Shown here in pieces: positions 49,080-61,817 of a stretch of DNA of 64,000 nucleotides (positions are counted from its first letter, which is position 1; each line of letters opens with the position of its first letter). The notes under the pieces were generated by a model. That model was not told the origin of the DNA and made no database searches. It saw only the letters and a list, made by a program, of their open reading frames with translations. The position numbers were made by a program, and so were the translations under genes. This DNA comes from Alloascoidea hylecoeti (taxonomy: Eukaryota), in NCBI GenBank assembly GCA_001600815.1, contig BCKZ01000012.1, positions 1 through 64,000 of the forward strand, read 5' to 3'.

Positions 49080-51704
49080 CTAAGAATGTTTTACAAGGTT
49101 AGCAATTTTCAAACGTTCAGTCCCATCTTTAGCACCCTTCTCTCCGCAGACCTTCTTAGAAAGATCATCCTCTATATACCACGAGCGCCTCTTATCATCA
49201 TCATCATCATCATCATCATCGTCATCATCATTATCATCACCGTCATCATCTATATCCATGTCATCATCAAAGTTGTCTGATGAGGCTTTTTCTTTACCTT
49301 TGGAGCCGCTGGTGGTCCTTTGATCAGATGTATCCATAACACTGACTGAATTATTACTTGCAATAACAGTATCTGATTTACTTGAACTTGATTCACTAAC
49401 ACTATTACGTTCAGGATTTTGCACGATTTTCGAAATGGCTTTTTCTAATTTTCCTGATTTAATTACCTGAGAAAAGTAATTTAACTTATTAGCTTTGTCT
49501 CCACAATATTTTAGCCTTTGAGAATCCATAAATATGACGGATTGATTTTGTGACCAATTGCACTTTTTCATAATCTCCCTTGTTTTGTCGATGATCACCT
49601 TTCTTCTTCGATAAAACACTCTTATATCACCACTATTACGCCATTTATTCTTATAGCGGTTATCTAGATATGTAATTGAAAGCCGTGTACCGTCAGGAAA
49701 TGCTGCATAACCTTCAAACCATTCATACCACAGTTCTGCAACACTATAAATGTCACGTCTCATTCTATATAAAGGAGGGTCAAGGGGATCTTTGGGAAAG
49801 TCAAAAGATTGAATTGGTGTATTGGAAGATGTGGAGTGTGATGAAGTATGTATAAGATTAGATGTTACAACTGTCGCCTTCTCAAGTTTATCCATCATTT
49901 TCGTGAGATTGTTTAAAGAGACGGTTAATAATGAATCACGGGTATTCATCCGCTTAATATTTCGGTTAAATTGTGATTTGAAAGAAACCATTTCCGATTT
50001 AAACTCGTTAAGTTTACTTATAGTCTGCCTATTTTGGATTGCCATTGAGGTCTGAAGGTTAGAAACCTGCGATTGAAGTTCTTTGTTATTTAGTATGAGT
50101 TCATATAGTTGGTCCTCGACATCCGGCCGTGCAAGTATTGATAGTATATCTTGAGGATCATCAGGAATAAGACATTCTTCCAGAGATCTCCCAAAATCGT
50201 TAAATCGCCTACACCTAAAAATTGGGTGGGTGAAAATAATATTGTCGGGAAACATTTTTTTCAGTATAACAGCATCTTGTAAAATACAGATTCTAAGATA
50301 TTTGCAAAGTTTCAAGAATGAATCAGAGGCTACAAAAGATGAAGAAGGATTGTCGGCCATCTCCTCCTCCATTTCTTCGATCTCGGGCCAAATTTCCATT
50401 TGTAACTCCACTGGAGGAACCAATCCGGCACGGCAGATATTATAATTATGGTTTGTTGTCGGATCAAACCCTGACATTGCCTTAAGCCATTCCAATGGCA
50501 TTAGTTTGCGATATTCATTTTCAATTCCATTCAATTCCCAAATCCCCGATTCTTTAACTTGCGCACCTGTAAAATCTTTCAGTTCAATTACCTTAGCTTT
50601 TATTGAAGGTGAAAAATAACTCGGGAAGGAGGGAGTTTTATTAAACGAGTTTTCAACACTTGTAAGCCAATAGGCCTGGGTTGTGTAATCTAATGTGCCA
50701 TCTTCATTGCTTCCTTTTAGGAGAGGTAAAGTGAGCCACTCTGGACTATTCACTTTAGGAAATGGTTCCTTATCTAATGTGAACCTCACAAAAAAATAAA
50801 AGGCAAGCTTGGAAACAGGGCATAATCGTACATCTTTGTTCCTTACCATTGCTCCCAACTCAGTTCTTCCGTACCCGTCAGGTTTTTCTTTTTGAACCAA
50901 AAGGCATACTGCCTTTGCCTCAGAAGAGCCCTGATCACCAAGATCTACTATTGCTAAATCAGATAATTGAGCAGCACGCCTCTTTCGACCATCTAACAAC
51001 ATATAATGGCGTAATATAAAATCTAGAGAAGTTCTGTAGTTTTCTTGAAAATGGAATTCTACCCTCCAAGGTTTTTCAGCAAAATGCAAAAATTCACTTT
51101 CTTGAGAACCCAATAAAATTGTTGATAGTCTCTTACCAGTGTACCGTTTTTTATTGTAAATCATTTGATTTCGCTTTACTGTTTCGATTAAAGACATTAA
51201 GCCTGGGCCCTTTGGATCTTTGATACCCTCTTGGTAAGCTTTTTGTCGGTTATAAAGAGAATCCAGGCAAGTAACAATTGAGGCAACAGTAACGTATTTG
51301 GGATGTTTTGGTATTATCTCCTCCTGTAAATAGGCAACTATTTTTCTCTCGGATACCAGGTAATCGAAACCTTTTTTGTCGCAGTAAGAGTAATAAGATT
51401 TTAGCTTATCGTCGAAAGAGAACACCGACGGAGCTTTCAGAGGCTCCGCTGGATTTCTTGTCATCCATAATGAGTGTTTCGTCCTCATCCCTAAGTGCGT
51501 TCCAAATGTCTCGTTGCATGTGAGTCGTTCAAACTGAAAATCGGGTGAAATGCCATCTGTGATCGGTAGGGTAGTTAGTGCACCTCTCTCTAAAGCCAAG
51601 TTCTCTGGATCTGGAAGGGGTTCAGCTAGGTTACTTAGATTCTCTGATATCTCTAGAAATTTATCTGGAACATATTCTTTATTTTTATAGATAATAGGTT
51701 CCAT
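49080..51704 (-). CDS. Crypton-derived protein: Ndc10-type tyrosine-recombinase-like domain plus Gcr1 C-terminal DNA-binding domain
   Basis: AQLSDL..GAMVRNKDVRLCPVSKLAFYFFVRF..LKAMSGF..PPVELQMEIWP..YLRICILQDAVIL...YRMRRDIYSVAELWYEWFEG..LDNRYKNKWR..FYRRRKVII. First ATG at 51704. Confidence 0.85.
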   Translation of the reverse strand: MEPIIYKNKEYVPDKFLEISENLSNLAEPLPDPENLALERGALTTLPITDGISPDFQFERLTCNETFGTHLGMRTKHSLWMTRNPAEPLKAPSVFSFDDKLKSYYSYCDKKGFDYLVSERKIVAYLQEEIIPKHPKYVTVASIVTCLDSLYNRQKAYQEGIKDPKGPGLMSLIETVKRNQMIYNKKRYTGKRLSTILLGSQESEFLHFAEKPWRVEFHFQENYRTSLDFILRHYMLLDGRKRRAAQLSDLAIVDLGDQGSSEAKAVCLLVQKEKPDGYGRTELGAMVRNKDVRLCPVSKLAFYFFVRFTLDKEPFPKVNSPEWLTLPLLKGSNEDGTLDYTTQAYWLTSVENSFNKTPSFPSYFSPSIKAKVIELKDFTGAQVKESGIWELNGIENEYRKLMPLEWLKAMSGFDPTTNHNYNICRAGLVPPVELQMEIWPEIEEMEEEMADNPSSSFVASDSFLKLCKYLRICILQDAVILKKMFPDNIIFTHPIFRCRRFNDFGRSLEECLIPDDPQDILSILARPDVEDQLYELILNNKELQSQVSNLQTSMAIQNRQTISKLNEFKSEMVSFKSQFNRNIKRMNTRDSLLTVSLNNLTKMMDKLEKATVVTSNLIHTSSHSTSSNTPIQSFDFPKDPLDPPLYRMRRDIYSVAELWYEWFEGYAAFPDGTRLSITYLDNRYKNKWRNSGDIRVFYRRRKVIIDKTREIMKKCNWSQNQSVIFMDSQRLKYCGDKANKLNYFSQVIKSGKLEKAISKIVQNPERNSVSESSSSKSDTVIASNNSVSVMDTSDQRTTSGSKGKEKASSDNFDDDMDIDDDGDDNDDDDDDDDDDDDKRRSWYIEDDLSKKVCGEKGAKDGTERLKIANLVKHS

Positions 51705-53141
51705 AGCTTTTTGTGGTCGAAAATAATAAAAAAAGGATGAGTTGAAGATAAGCAGACTGAAGGATGTATCTGAACTTTTTGAAGTATGCTGGGTGGGTAG
51801 CCAAGCCAAATCTAAAGTTGCTTTTTTCGGGTTACTACTCCAAAAAAATAAAAATGAGTAACCGTTCCTAAAAAGTGGATAATATTGCGTAAATTATAGA
51901 TAATCCAGTCCAAATTAGATGGCATTTTAAGCTTGATATTCATATTACTGTTAAGGCCATTATCATCATATGCACCCTAGCTACGAGGGCATGAAGTATT
52001 AGGAATTTAGGATCTCCAACTACACTGCTATACCTACATGTAGGGCCGCCTTTCCAAATTACATCCCATATCATAAGATTGACGGACTCAGACTTCCTAT
52101 ATATGGCTATAATTACTGTATCGACTGACGTCATTGAATACAATACCGGAATTTGATACACCACCCTTTCAGCACATTAGAAGGCAGGGTTATTGGAAAT
52201 TCTCTTTACCGTGAACTGTACAGTTGAAGGATTACCATAATATTATATGTCTACCTATTTCGGCAATTAAGAACACATGCTTACTCAAATTACATATTTC
52301 AATCTGCTTCGATGGTTGCGACTGCTTTTTAGGACTACAACCACCTGAAATCTCGCTTAATCCCATTCTAGAAGCTTTTTCTATGGGAATATAACTAAGC
52401 TTTGTAAGCTTCTTATATAAGCTCGGTGGACATACAACGCTCTCAGGTAAATCTTCATATAAAATGAGCTTTTCCTCAAATATTTTTACCTTTTTTCCCG
52501 TCTAATATCTTCTGGGGACAAAAAAGATAAATTCCAGTTTCTGCAAAGCTAGATTGAAGATTTTTAGGGTTATAACTTCATCGCTTGCCTTCTGGTGTAT
52601 TGTAATAAACTTCCTTTTGGAGGCCAGTGACCGGGGGGACTTGTTACTACCTTTTCGTTGTAGATACTTTCCAACCTCGTCTTTGATGATAGATCTTTGG
52701 CGATTGGAATGAATTGAACAGGTATGAATCTCTCAGGATTCAGCTTAACATAACTACCAATTTCTGACTCTCCTGTTTTAAAAAGGATATATACAGGAGC
52801 TTGAAATAAACAGAAGCGAAAATCTCCAAAGGGTCAACACAGATGTTCTATCTATCATAATTATGGAACTGATCGGTGTTATAGCTCAATTTGAGTTTCT
52901 TAATATTAGAAATAATCATTACATTGTTAAAATATATACCTACAGTAAAATAGATAAAAAGGCTAGCCATAAAATGAAGTGGGGTTTCCCCAAAGCAAAC
53001 AAAAAAGTCTTTCGAATTCTATTCAGATGCAGAGAGAAAAATTAAAAAGAAAAGTTAGAAACCCTATCAACTGGCAATCAATTTTAGATAACAGTATTAT
53101 ATATAATGAAGATGAACTGTTATGATATTATATTATATATC

Positions 53142-54338
53142 TCATTCATAAGATTCTGATAAATTCACCAACAGTTGAGCTAAGCATCTTTTTGTAGCAG
53201 CATCATCTCTTAATACAATACTGAAAGTGGCATCACGTAAAGGTTCGGGCAAATATTGTCTTAAAGCTTTTCTAGCTTCTGGATTATCTGAAAGTCTCAG
53301 GTAGCACCTAACGACATGCTTCAATAATCTTACTGTTTGTTGATCTACCAATTGTTTAACCATATTAGCTAACACATTAGCCACGGCAGAAAATCGTTCA
53401 TAGGTTTGACAAACGTAGTTTAACCCCGCATCATCCATGATAATCTTTTGAACAATGAATATCGCAACAGTTTTCGATAATTCAGAGGATGCTTCCATGA
53501 TTCGTAAACAAAGAGGTATTATTTCAGTTGTTAATAAAAAGTTAATGACTTCTGGGGAATCGTTTTTAACCAATGCTCCAATAACCCCCAAAGAGGTTAG
53601 TCTAAGGTATTCGAAAGGTCGTTGTTTGGATTCCGTGTTTAAGAAGGGATATAAATACAACGGAATATGAGCATTTAGAAACAAACTCCTTGTATCGTTA
53701 TGAGATGCAACACATTGCAATAATGCCAATGCATTACAGACACGATTTGAAGCTGTGGCTGATAAAGTAGGAGGACTCAGCATAGGATAAACAAAAATTA
53801 TTTCTTCTAATAAAGCTGTCATAACCCCAAATGAATGCCATAAAATTAATGCCAAATCCTCATACTGTTCCCTTTTTTTTCCTAATTCCAATAAAGCTTG
53901 TTCTCGTTCACGGTTGGGCCCGTAGACCAGATCAACTATCCATTGATAAACTTTGTCATCTTCTAGTGATTTGATAACTCCACCAGTCATTTCACTCATA
54001 GTACTAGGTCTTTTGCTATTTTGTTTCGCCATACTGCTATTTAAAGAGGCAAGCATTTGCTGTTGCTGAGTTGGTTGGGGAGGCTGAATTTGTCCTTGGG
54101 CTTGCTGCTGACCTTGCTGACCTTGCTGTGATTGTTGTTGTTGGTGTTGTTGAATAGCAGCTAAAGACAATGAATTTGAATTCGAGTTTCCCAAGTATGA
54201 TTGACCATATTGAGAATTGAATCCGAGAGATTGTTGTCTCTGCTGCTGTTGTTGCTGTTGTTGCTGCTGTTGTTGCTGCTGTTGTTGCTGTTGGGCCTGA
54301 GCTTGAGCTTGATTGAGATAGGCAGACTGAGAATACAT
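53142..54338 (-). CDS. CAF40: CCR4-NOT subunit Caf40/Rcd1 with poly-Gln N-terminus
   Basis: [30 protein letters not shown] and [19 protein letters not shown] motifs. Confidence 0.97.
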   Translation of the reverse strand: MYSQSAYLNQAQAQAQQQQQQQQQQQQQQQQQQRQQSLGFNSQYGQSYLGNSNSNSLSLAAIQQHQQQQSQQGQQGQQQAQGQIQPPQPTQQQQMLASLNSSMAKQNSKRPSTMSEMTGGVIKSLEDDKVYQWIVDLVYGPNREREQALLELGKKREQYEDLALILWHSFGVMTALLEEIIFVYPMLSPPTLSATASNRVCNALALLQCVASHNDTRSLFLNAHIPLYLYPFLNTESKQRPFEYLRLTSLGVIGALVKNDSPEVINFLLTTEIIPLCLRIMEASSELSKTVAIFIVQKIIMDDAGLNYVCQTYERFSAVANVLANMVKQLVDQQTVRLLKHVVRCYLRLSDNPEARKALRQYLPEPLRDATFSIVLRDDAATKRCLAQLLVNLSESYE

Positions 54339-56088
54339 ACTTTTTGGAATTATTTTTTCTTTATTAAAATGAAGAAAGCAACTAGTTATATTATTTGTGT
54401 GATAATAAATTTGGATGTATAGATTGTAAGTGTACCTCTGTACCCTTGTAGGCGGAGAAAAAGTGGAAAAGGGTGTTGGGACGTTACCAATCATAACGCA
54501 ATTGTCTAGACTGCTGGAAATTGGAAATTGCTACCATCATTATCATTATACCTTCAGTCAAGAGGATCTCATACATCAGCTATAATCCCGAGAGACGCTC
54601 CAAATACGAAAAAAGTACCATAAACCGGTCTCTTTTAGCTGTAATATGCGTCCCCAGATTTAAGTTCTATATTGGTGCGAAAAAAGAAGTATACTCGAAA
54701 TATAATAGTCGACTCATAAAATGATTCGCACTTTTTCTAATACAATTCACATGTACACACAGTAACACATACCTAGTGTACTTTCTGATGAAAAGAGTGT
54801 TTAATAATATTGCTTATTTGTTGCATATGTTTGGGTCCTATCGGCGCTACTTCATTAGCTGTGTCAGAGCTACGGAAAGCACTCAATACACTGGAAAACT
54901 TGAATGAGCCATCTTTTAGACTTAATTCAGGTATAAGGAGTCTTATCAAGATTTTAAAACCTATTCTTAACATTTATAGAACCGTGGAAATGGTGAATTA
55001 TACGGTAAATAGACATATACCTCTCTATCTTTACGAGGTATTCCACTGTTGAACAACGCCAAAGATTCCCAAAAGCTAAAAAAAGGCCAGGTTCTCCCGT
55101 GTCTCATCCAATATGAGCACATTTTATATAAACAATATATAAATTTGTTAAATTTAAAAAATGCTTTAGTTTTTGTGTTTCTTATGGTGAAGGTGTGCCG
55201 GCGGTTAACACACATAATGCTGACTATGATATAGATTATAGAACCATATTAAAAAATTATGCCCAAGCTTATAAAGATATATCACTTTATATCTCTTTAT
55301 TGAGAGAATCTGATATTGGATTTTGAGTTCAGTGTACCCCCGTTTAAATCCATTAGCTGTAGTTGTCGTTAACCGAGTAGTGGATGATGTGATTGAAGAT
55401 CTTGTTTCATTTAATAATAGATCGAAAGGATTCTTTACCACAATGCCCATGCACGATTTAGAGATTTATATAACGAGATATTTTTCCTATCTGAGATTCA
55501 TTGCAATTTTACATACACTAGCCCTACAGTAATCTTTCCAACATTCACCAAATTTCACCGATTTTCATACAGCTCTCAGTGACCGAGCCACGACCTACGT
55601 GCTGGGAAAAACATTTACTCAATTGAATAAATGATAGTCATTCCGCTTAATTTTGGCCATGCTGATTATCAATTATTGGCCACACACATAACATAAGTAT
55701 CTAATTTTGGGCTCCATTATGACCGGTATAACCGTTAATTTGCACAGTATGGAACCAACCCCGGCCGAAAATAGTTATGGAGATGGCCTAAATCAAGTGA
55801 AATCTGTGTGTCAAAAGAAAAACAAAAATAAACGGAATTCAAACAAGCTTAATTATAAGATAATAAGCAAAAATGGTAAACTTTTATAAAATTTTAATTA
55901 TCACGTAACTTATATATGTAATAATTTTACTGTTATTCATTATAATTCCTTCTTTTTCTTTTTCTTTTTAACTATGATTATGTGAGATACGTGTAGTATG
56001 TGTGTCCGTTTGATAAATATGAGAGATAAAGACAAAAAGGAAAAAGAAAAAAATACCAAATCTATTACTATTATATTATGGAAGTTGT

Positions 56089-57726
56089 TTACATTTCTTC
56101 CAAAGGAGCTTCATCACCATAATCTATATCTTCATCATCAATACCAGCATCTTGATATTGTTGATATTCACTAATTAAATCATTCATATTTGATTCAGCT
56201 TCAGTAAATTCCATTTCATCCATACCTTCATCAGTATACCAATACAAAAAGGCCTTTCTTCTAAACATAACACTAAACTGATCACCAATTCTTTTAAATA
56301 TTTCTTGGATTGAGGTTGAATTACCAATAAAAGTAGCAGCCATATCAAGATCAACAGGAGGTACAGAACAGACGGCAGATTGTACATTATTTGGTATCCA
56401 TTCAACAAAATAAGCTGAATTTTTAGTCTGAACATTTAACATTTGATCTTCAACTTCTTTAACAGAAACTTTACCTCTGAAAAAAGTAGCAACAGTTAAA
56501 TATCTACCATTTTTGGGGTCAGCGGCAGCCATCATATTCTTTGAATCAAATAATTGTTGAGTTAATTCAGGAACAGTTAAAGCTCTAAATTGTTGAGAAC
56601 TTAGGGCAGTTAATGGAGCATAACCAACCATGAAAAAATGTAAACGTGGGAAAGGTACTAAATTAACAGCCAATTTTCTTAAATCAGAATTTAATTCACC
56701 AGGATATCTTAAAGAAGTTGTAACACCAGACATCACAGAAGAAACCAAACCATTTAAATCTTCCATTGAAGGTAAATTTAATTTTAAAGTACGTTGACAA
56801 ATATCATATAAAGCATCATTATCAATACAAAAAGTTTCATCAGAATTTTCAACCAATTGATGAATTGATAAAGTAGCATTATAAGGCTCAATAACTGTAT
56901 CACTGACTTTCGGAGAAGGCAATACGGAGAAAGTAGCCATCATTCTATCAGGATATTCTTCTCTGATTTTAGAAATTAATAAAGTACCCATACCTGAACC
57001 AGTACCACCACCTAGAGAATGGGTGATTTGAAAGCCTTGTAAGGAGTCACAACCTTCAACTTCTCTACGAACAACATCTAATACCTGATCGACTAATTCA
57101 GCACCTTCGGTATAATGACCTTTTGCCCATACATTACCGGCACTTGCTTGACCGTAAATGAAGTTATCAGGACGGAATAAATTACCAAAAGGGCCAGAAC
57201 GAACAACATCAATGGTACCAGGTTCTAAATCAATAAGTAGAGAACGAGGAACATATTTACCTCCATTGGCCTATGATTCTAAAGTTAATTTTCATAACTA
57301 TTGAAGAGAAACAAGATTACAAACATACTTCATTAAAGTAGACATCTAGACGGTCTTTTTGAAGATTGGAAGTTCCTTTATAGCTATATCAATATGTTAA
57401 TAAAGTAATAAAGTAGGGAAGATCTGCATTTGATTTACATACGTTCCAGATTGGTCTATACCGTGTTCTGAGCAAATAGTTTGCCTGTACGATGGGGGTG
57501 GTCAGAAATGATATTTAAAAGATAAAAGATAAAAGATAATTACCAGAAAGCAGCACCCTTGAAATGAAATGGAAAAAGTTAGGATCTTGAGAAATTTTGT
57601 ACACAGAAATTATAAAAAAAACATACGATTTGATTACCGCATTGACCGGTTGACAGATGAACCTGAAAAATGGTTAGTAGCTGAGTGGAGGGATGAGGAT
57701 CTGGTGAAGCTTACGATTTCTCTCAT
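56089..57726 (-). CDS. TUB2: Beta-tubulin (6 exons)
   Basis: [21 protein letters not shown]; introns 57714-57663, 57626-57558, 57543-57485, 57442-57384 and 57328-57271. Confidence 0.98.
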
Positions 57727-58144
57727 ATTTGTAGATTGAGGAGTTGAGAAGAGAAAATGAAAAGGAGGAAACGACAACAAATCGGGGTGGTTGCCGGGGA
57801 GACAAACACGGGGGTATAACGTGATCCGTTTTCACAGTAACATTAATTGATTATTAGATTTGAATCAATACACACTTTTTTATTGAAACCAAAATCCCGG
57901 GAATCATACATTTCTGATTAATCGGAATACTGTATCTTTTAAATCTTGAAATGGATTAACTTTTATTTTCAGTTTTATTATGCATAATCATTTTTGTCTA
58001 ATACCTTATTTGAATTTTTAATGCAATCGACGAATACATATAAGCCTCTAAAATCTCATACATTAATATTAACTCTTATAATTATAGTATTGTGCCTAGA
58101 TAAAAATTATATATTATACATATTTTCTATAAAACTTTGGGGTT

Positions 58145-59373
58145 TCAAACTCTTCTAGCATTAAGAAGAATATTAAGATTTTCATTGAGTAAATCATCTG
58201 TATAAAAATCTGAACGACGAACAGTTTCTTCATTATAACCTTCATCACTAGTAAGAACTTTTAAATTTCTTGATTGTACATCAACCCATTTATTTAAGAA
58301 ATCAATTGGATTTTCAGACAATTGATTGAAAAATTCATATTTTAATCTTGCAGTATTGGTGGCAGCAGCACTCAATGCAATCTTATTATCCAATGTCAGT
58401 ATTTCACTATCATTATCATTCCAATGTTGTAAAATTTCTAATGGTTCTCTACGAGCTGGGTCTTCAATCTGAACCTCCAAATCGTAAGAAACATCTCCAA
58501 CAGTCGAAGAAATATCAGTTCGAATGGTGTAGTTGATAATAATAGGTTCTCTCTTTGTTGTATAACGCGCTAACAAATCAAATACCTGTGGGAATGCAAA
58601 TTGAGGAACACCAAAAGCTTTAGATAATGCCTCATTACAATTCACTATCCTTTTATCATCTTGATTCTGAAGATTATGAAATCTAACATATTGCCATAAA
58701 GCAGAAACAATTTCATTTTGTGTCCCTTCTTCCATACCTAATACATTTGCTAATCCTGGTGATAATTTGGAGACAGAAGGAAATTCTTTAGGTTGTAATG
58801 TGATTGTGGCATTCACGTTTGTAGTTCCTTTTCTTTTAACGTCTAAACCATCAAATTCCACCGAATGTGGTGCTTCTGGTGCTGATTCATGCCATTCAAC
58901 CAAACTACCTTCTGGAAATGGCTCACCATGCGGTGAAGATAATTCGACAATAATACCCGTGAAAAAAGAACTGAATTTTCGCCTGCCTGGTGCATCGGCT
59001 GCTTCATCATTGACAAGACGTCCTTCAACGCGTAAAGTCCAACTTGGATCTGATTCGAAACTTTGGCTCGTAGTCGATGTTTGCCATGGTTGACTAGCAC
59101 AAGTACTTGAGATAAATAATCGCAACGTTCCTCTTTTCTAATTACAAAGATGAACTGTTAGTCAGTTAAAAAAAAGATTGACAGATAAAACAAAATACTA
59201 ACACTGCTCATCCGTGCGGCGGTATCTTGAACATCTAAATACTTTCGTGATATAAGCGTATCAAGCTTCTTTTCCGCTGCCTGGAGTTTTCGATACAAGT
59301 CCACTTCAGGAACAATCTGGGCAACACGTTGTGAGATGTGTGTATCTGTTGGTTTGTAAGAATACTGTTGCAT
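58145..59373 (-). CDS. SNF12: SWI/SNF-RSC SWIB-domain subunit (Snf12/Rsc6)
   Basis: KPTD..LRLFIS..WTLRVEGRL..LWQYVRFHNLQ; intron 59202-59138 with a GTTAGT donor. Confidence 0.9.
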
Positions 59374-59493
59374 TGCTTGTGATGCTACTCTTTTTGGTGA
59401 AGTTGAAAGAAGAAGGTGTGTTAGGTTGGGTGTTCCGAAATGTACTTACAGCAGGTATGACAGATACTCTGACCTGACCCTTTTTAAATAACC

Positions 59494-59515
59494 ACGCGTT
59501 TTTGACTTTTCGCGT
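59494..59515. promoter_or_regulatory. MCB elements in the short divergent SNF12/HAT2 promoter
   Basis: ACGCGT at 59494-59499 and TCGCGT at ~59510. Confidence 0.5.
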
Positions 59516-59535
59516 TACAACATTAATTATTCAAC

Positions 59536-60958
59536 ATGACAGATGGTATGGAGATAATTGATACCAGTGGCGATGAAAGTGACGTCTCAAAGGGTATGTC
59601 TTGTTGTTGCAGTCGTTTCTTAAAAAATACTAATGTTTAACAGACGAAGCTGAAACCGTTGAAGAAGAATATCAAACATGGAAGAAAAACTGTCCTTACA
59701 TGTATAATTGGGTATCTGAATCTGCATTGACCTGGCCATCTTTAACTATTCAATGGAGTCAAACATTTAACGAGTAAGTACCAGCTATCTTACTTTTTCA
59801 ATTCTATTGGTTCTAACGATATTATATAAATTGTTAGAACTGCTGATGGAGCCATTCAAGCCGAACTTTTATTGGGAACAAACTCCTCCGGATCCGATCA
59901 GGATTATCTAATTGTTGGTCAAACATCTTTTCATAAATCTCTCCTTGGTCCAACAACACCAAAAATCTTACCAGGCTATATAGATTCTAAAATTAAGCCC
60001 ATCAAAAGTTTCAAACATGTTGGCGAAGTAAATAGAGCAAGGTATCTACCTCAAGATCCTAATATTGTTGCAACGATGGGAAATTCAGGTGATGGATTCA
60101 TTTATAATATTAGTGAAGATCCAGAGACTTTTGAGGCTACAAAACTACAGTTTCATACGGAAAATGGGTAAGTTTGTATTTTCTACTTCCTCTCAATCTA
60201 TATTTATATTAAAATTGTTTTTTAGTTATGGTGTTTCTTGGAATCCCACAGCTAAAGGCTCTCTTTTAACGGCCTCTGATGATAAAAAGATTGCACTGTG
60301 GACAATTACAGACGAATCAACTAATTCTAAAATATTAAAACCAACAAGTATAATTTCATCACATTCAGAAATTGTAAACGATATTCGGTGGCATCAAACA
60401 GACCCTAATTTATTCGCTTCAGTTTCAGATGATAAAGAACTTCATATTCATGATATTAGATCATCCAATTTATCCACTATTCCTTCACTCTTAACTAAAG
60501 CTCACGATGGAGCTGTTAATTCAGTATCTTTTAGTCCTTTTAGTAAAAATTTACTCGCAACTGCATCAGAGGACAGTACAATTGGACTTTTTGATTTACG
60601 CAACTTAAGCACAAAACTTCATTCCCTTATGGGTCATAATAATTCAGTTACAGGTCTAGATTGGTCTCCACATCATGACGGATTTCTAGCTAGTTCAGGT
60701 TTAGATCGCCGTGTTATATTATGGAACATTTTTAAAATTGGTAAAGAACAAACTCAAGATGATGCTGAAGATGGAGCACCCGAATTATTTTTCATGCATG
60801 GGGGTCATACTAGTGAGGTTACTGATTTTTCATGGAATCCTAATTTACCTTGGTTATTAGGAAGTTGTGCCGATGATAATATTGTACAGTTATGGAGCGT
60901 TAATAGAACGATAACCGAAGAAGAAGAAGATGTTCCAGATCTTAAAGATTTGGAATAA
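59536..60958 (+). CDS. HAT2: Histone-binding WD40 protein (RbAp48 family) (4 exons)
   Basis: EEYQTWKKNCPYMY..LTWPSLT; GEVNRARYLPQ; DAEDGAPELFFMHGGH; introns 59594-59643, 59774-59837 and 60168-60225. Confidence 0.92.
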
Positions 60959-60996
60959 AATCAATTTTATTTATATAGCTTAAAAGTATAACATAA

Positions 60997-61659
60997 TTAA
61001 TCTTCTCTTCGTTTTTTTGCAATTGATGTTTCTTCCTGGCTTTGATTCAGTTGTTGATTAAACGCTCCTTGTAGAAACCTTTGAAGACCCTCTTCTGGAT
61101 TCTCACTATTTAAAATCTTCTCTACTCGTTTCTTCTGCTCTGGGTCGAATTCGCCCATGCTTGATTCATTTTGAAATGTATAGTGTATTTGTTCTGAGGA
61201 GCTGGGTAGTGAAAGATCACTTATTAAATCATTAATGCTATTACCATTAGACTCTTGTTTCTGTTTTAGATCGTCTACTATCTTTTCATATCCTAATCCT
61301 TTTAAATATTTAATAATTTCAGGATATTCATCCTCTTCCTCCATATATTTCAGCACTGTTTGACCTTCATTATTTTTTATCGTATAATCTGCTTTAAATT
61401 CCTCAATAAGAGCTTTCACAGTATCAACATCCTCCGCATAATGTAAAGGAGTCTCACCATCATTATCTTGGATATTTATATCACCTCCATTACTTATAAG
61501 GAATCGCAATAATTCAAGATGACCGTACGACGAGGCTGCATGTATTGGGGTATAACCATTCGGATCCTTTGAGTTTGAAGTGAAGTTTCCAGAGTTTATA
61601 TATTGTTGAACAACTGAAAGTTCGCCATCAGAAGCTGCAATCCAAATATTTTTAGCCAT
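60997..61659 (-). CDS. Ankyrin-repeat protein (YCR051W-like)
   Basis: NIWIAASDG..KDPNGYTPIHAASSYGH..DNDGETPLH. Confidence 0.88.
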   Translation of the reverse strand: MAKNIWIAASDGELSVVQQYINSGNFTSNSKDPNGYTPIHAASSYGHLELLRFLISNGGDINIQDNDGETPLHYAEDVDTVKALIEEFKADYTIKNNEGQTVLKYMEEEDEYPEIIKYLKGLGYEKIVDDLKQKQESNGNSINDLISDLSLPSSSEQIHYTFQNESSMGEFDPEQKKRVEKILNSENPEEGLQRFLQGAFNQQLNQSQEETSIAKKRRED

Positions 61660-61817
61660 TTTATGTTTGATATCGATATTTCTTTGGTCTTTTATCTTTT
61701 TCTACTTGAAAATTTTCATCCATACACCTCTTGGAATCTTATTCTTTAATCCGCGATTTGCATATATTCATCTATAAATATCATAAATAAATATACGGTC
61801 ATCATAGAGTTAATAAA

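Noticed and set aside
51900..53050. Possible decayed coding sequence or Crypton terminus
   Set aside because: No recognisable motifs or terminal repeats.
54500..55900. Cluster of short ORFs as a spliced gene
   Set aside because: No consistent splice path or recognisable protein could be built.
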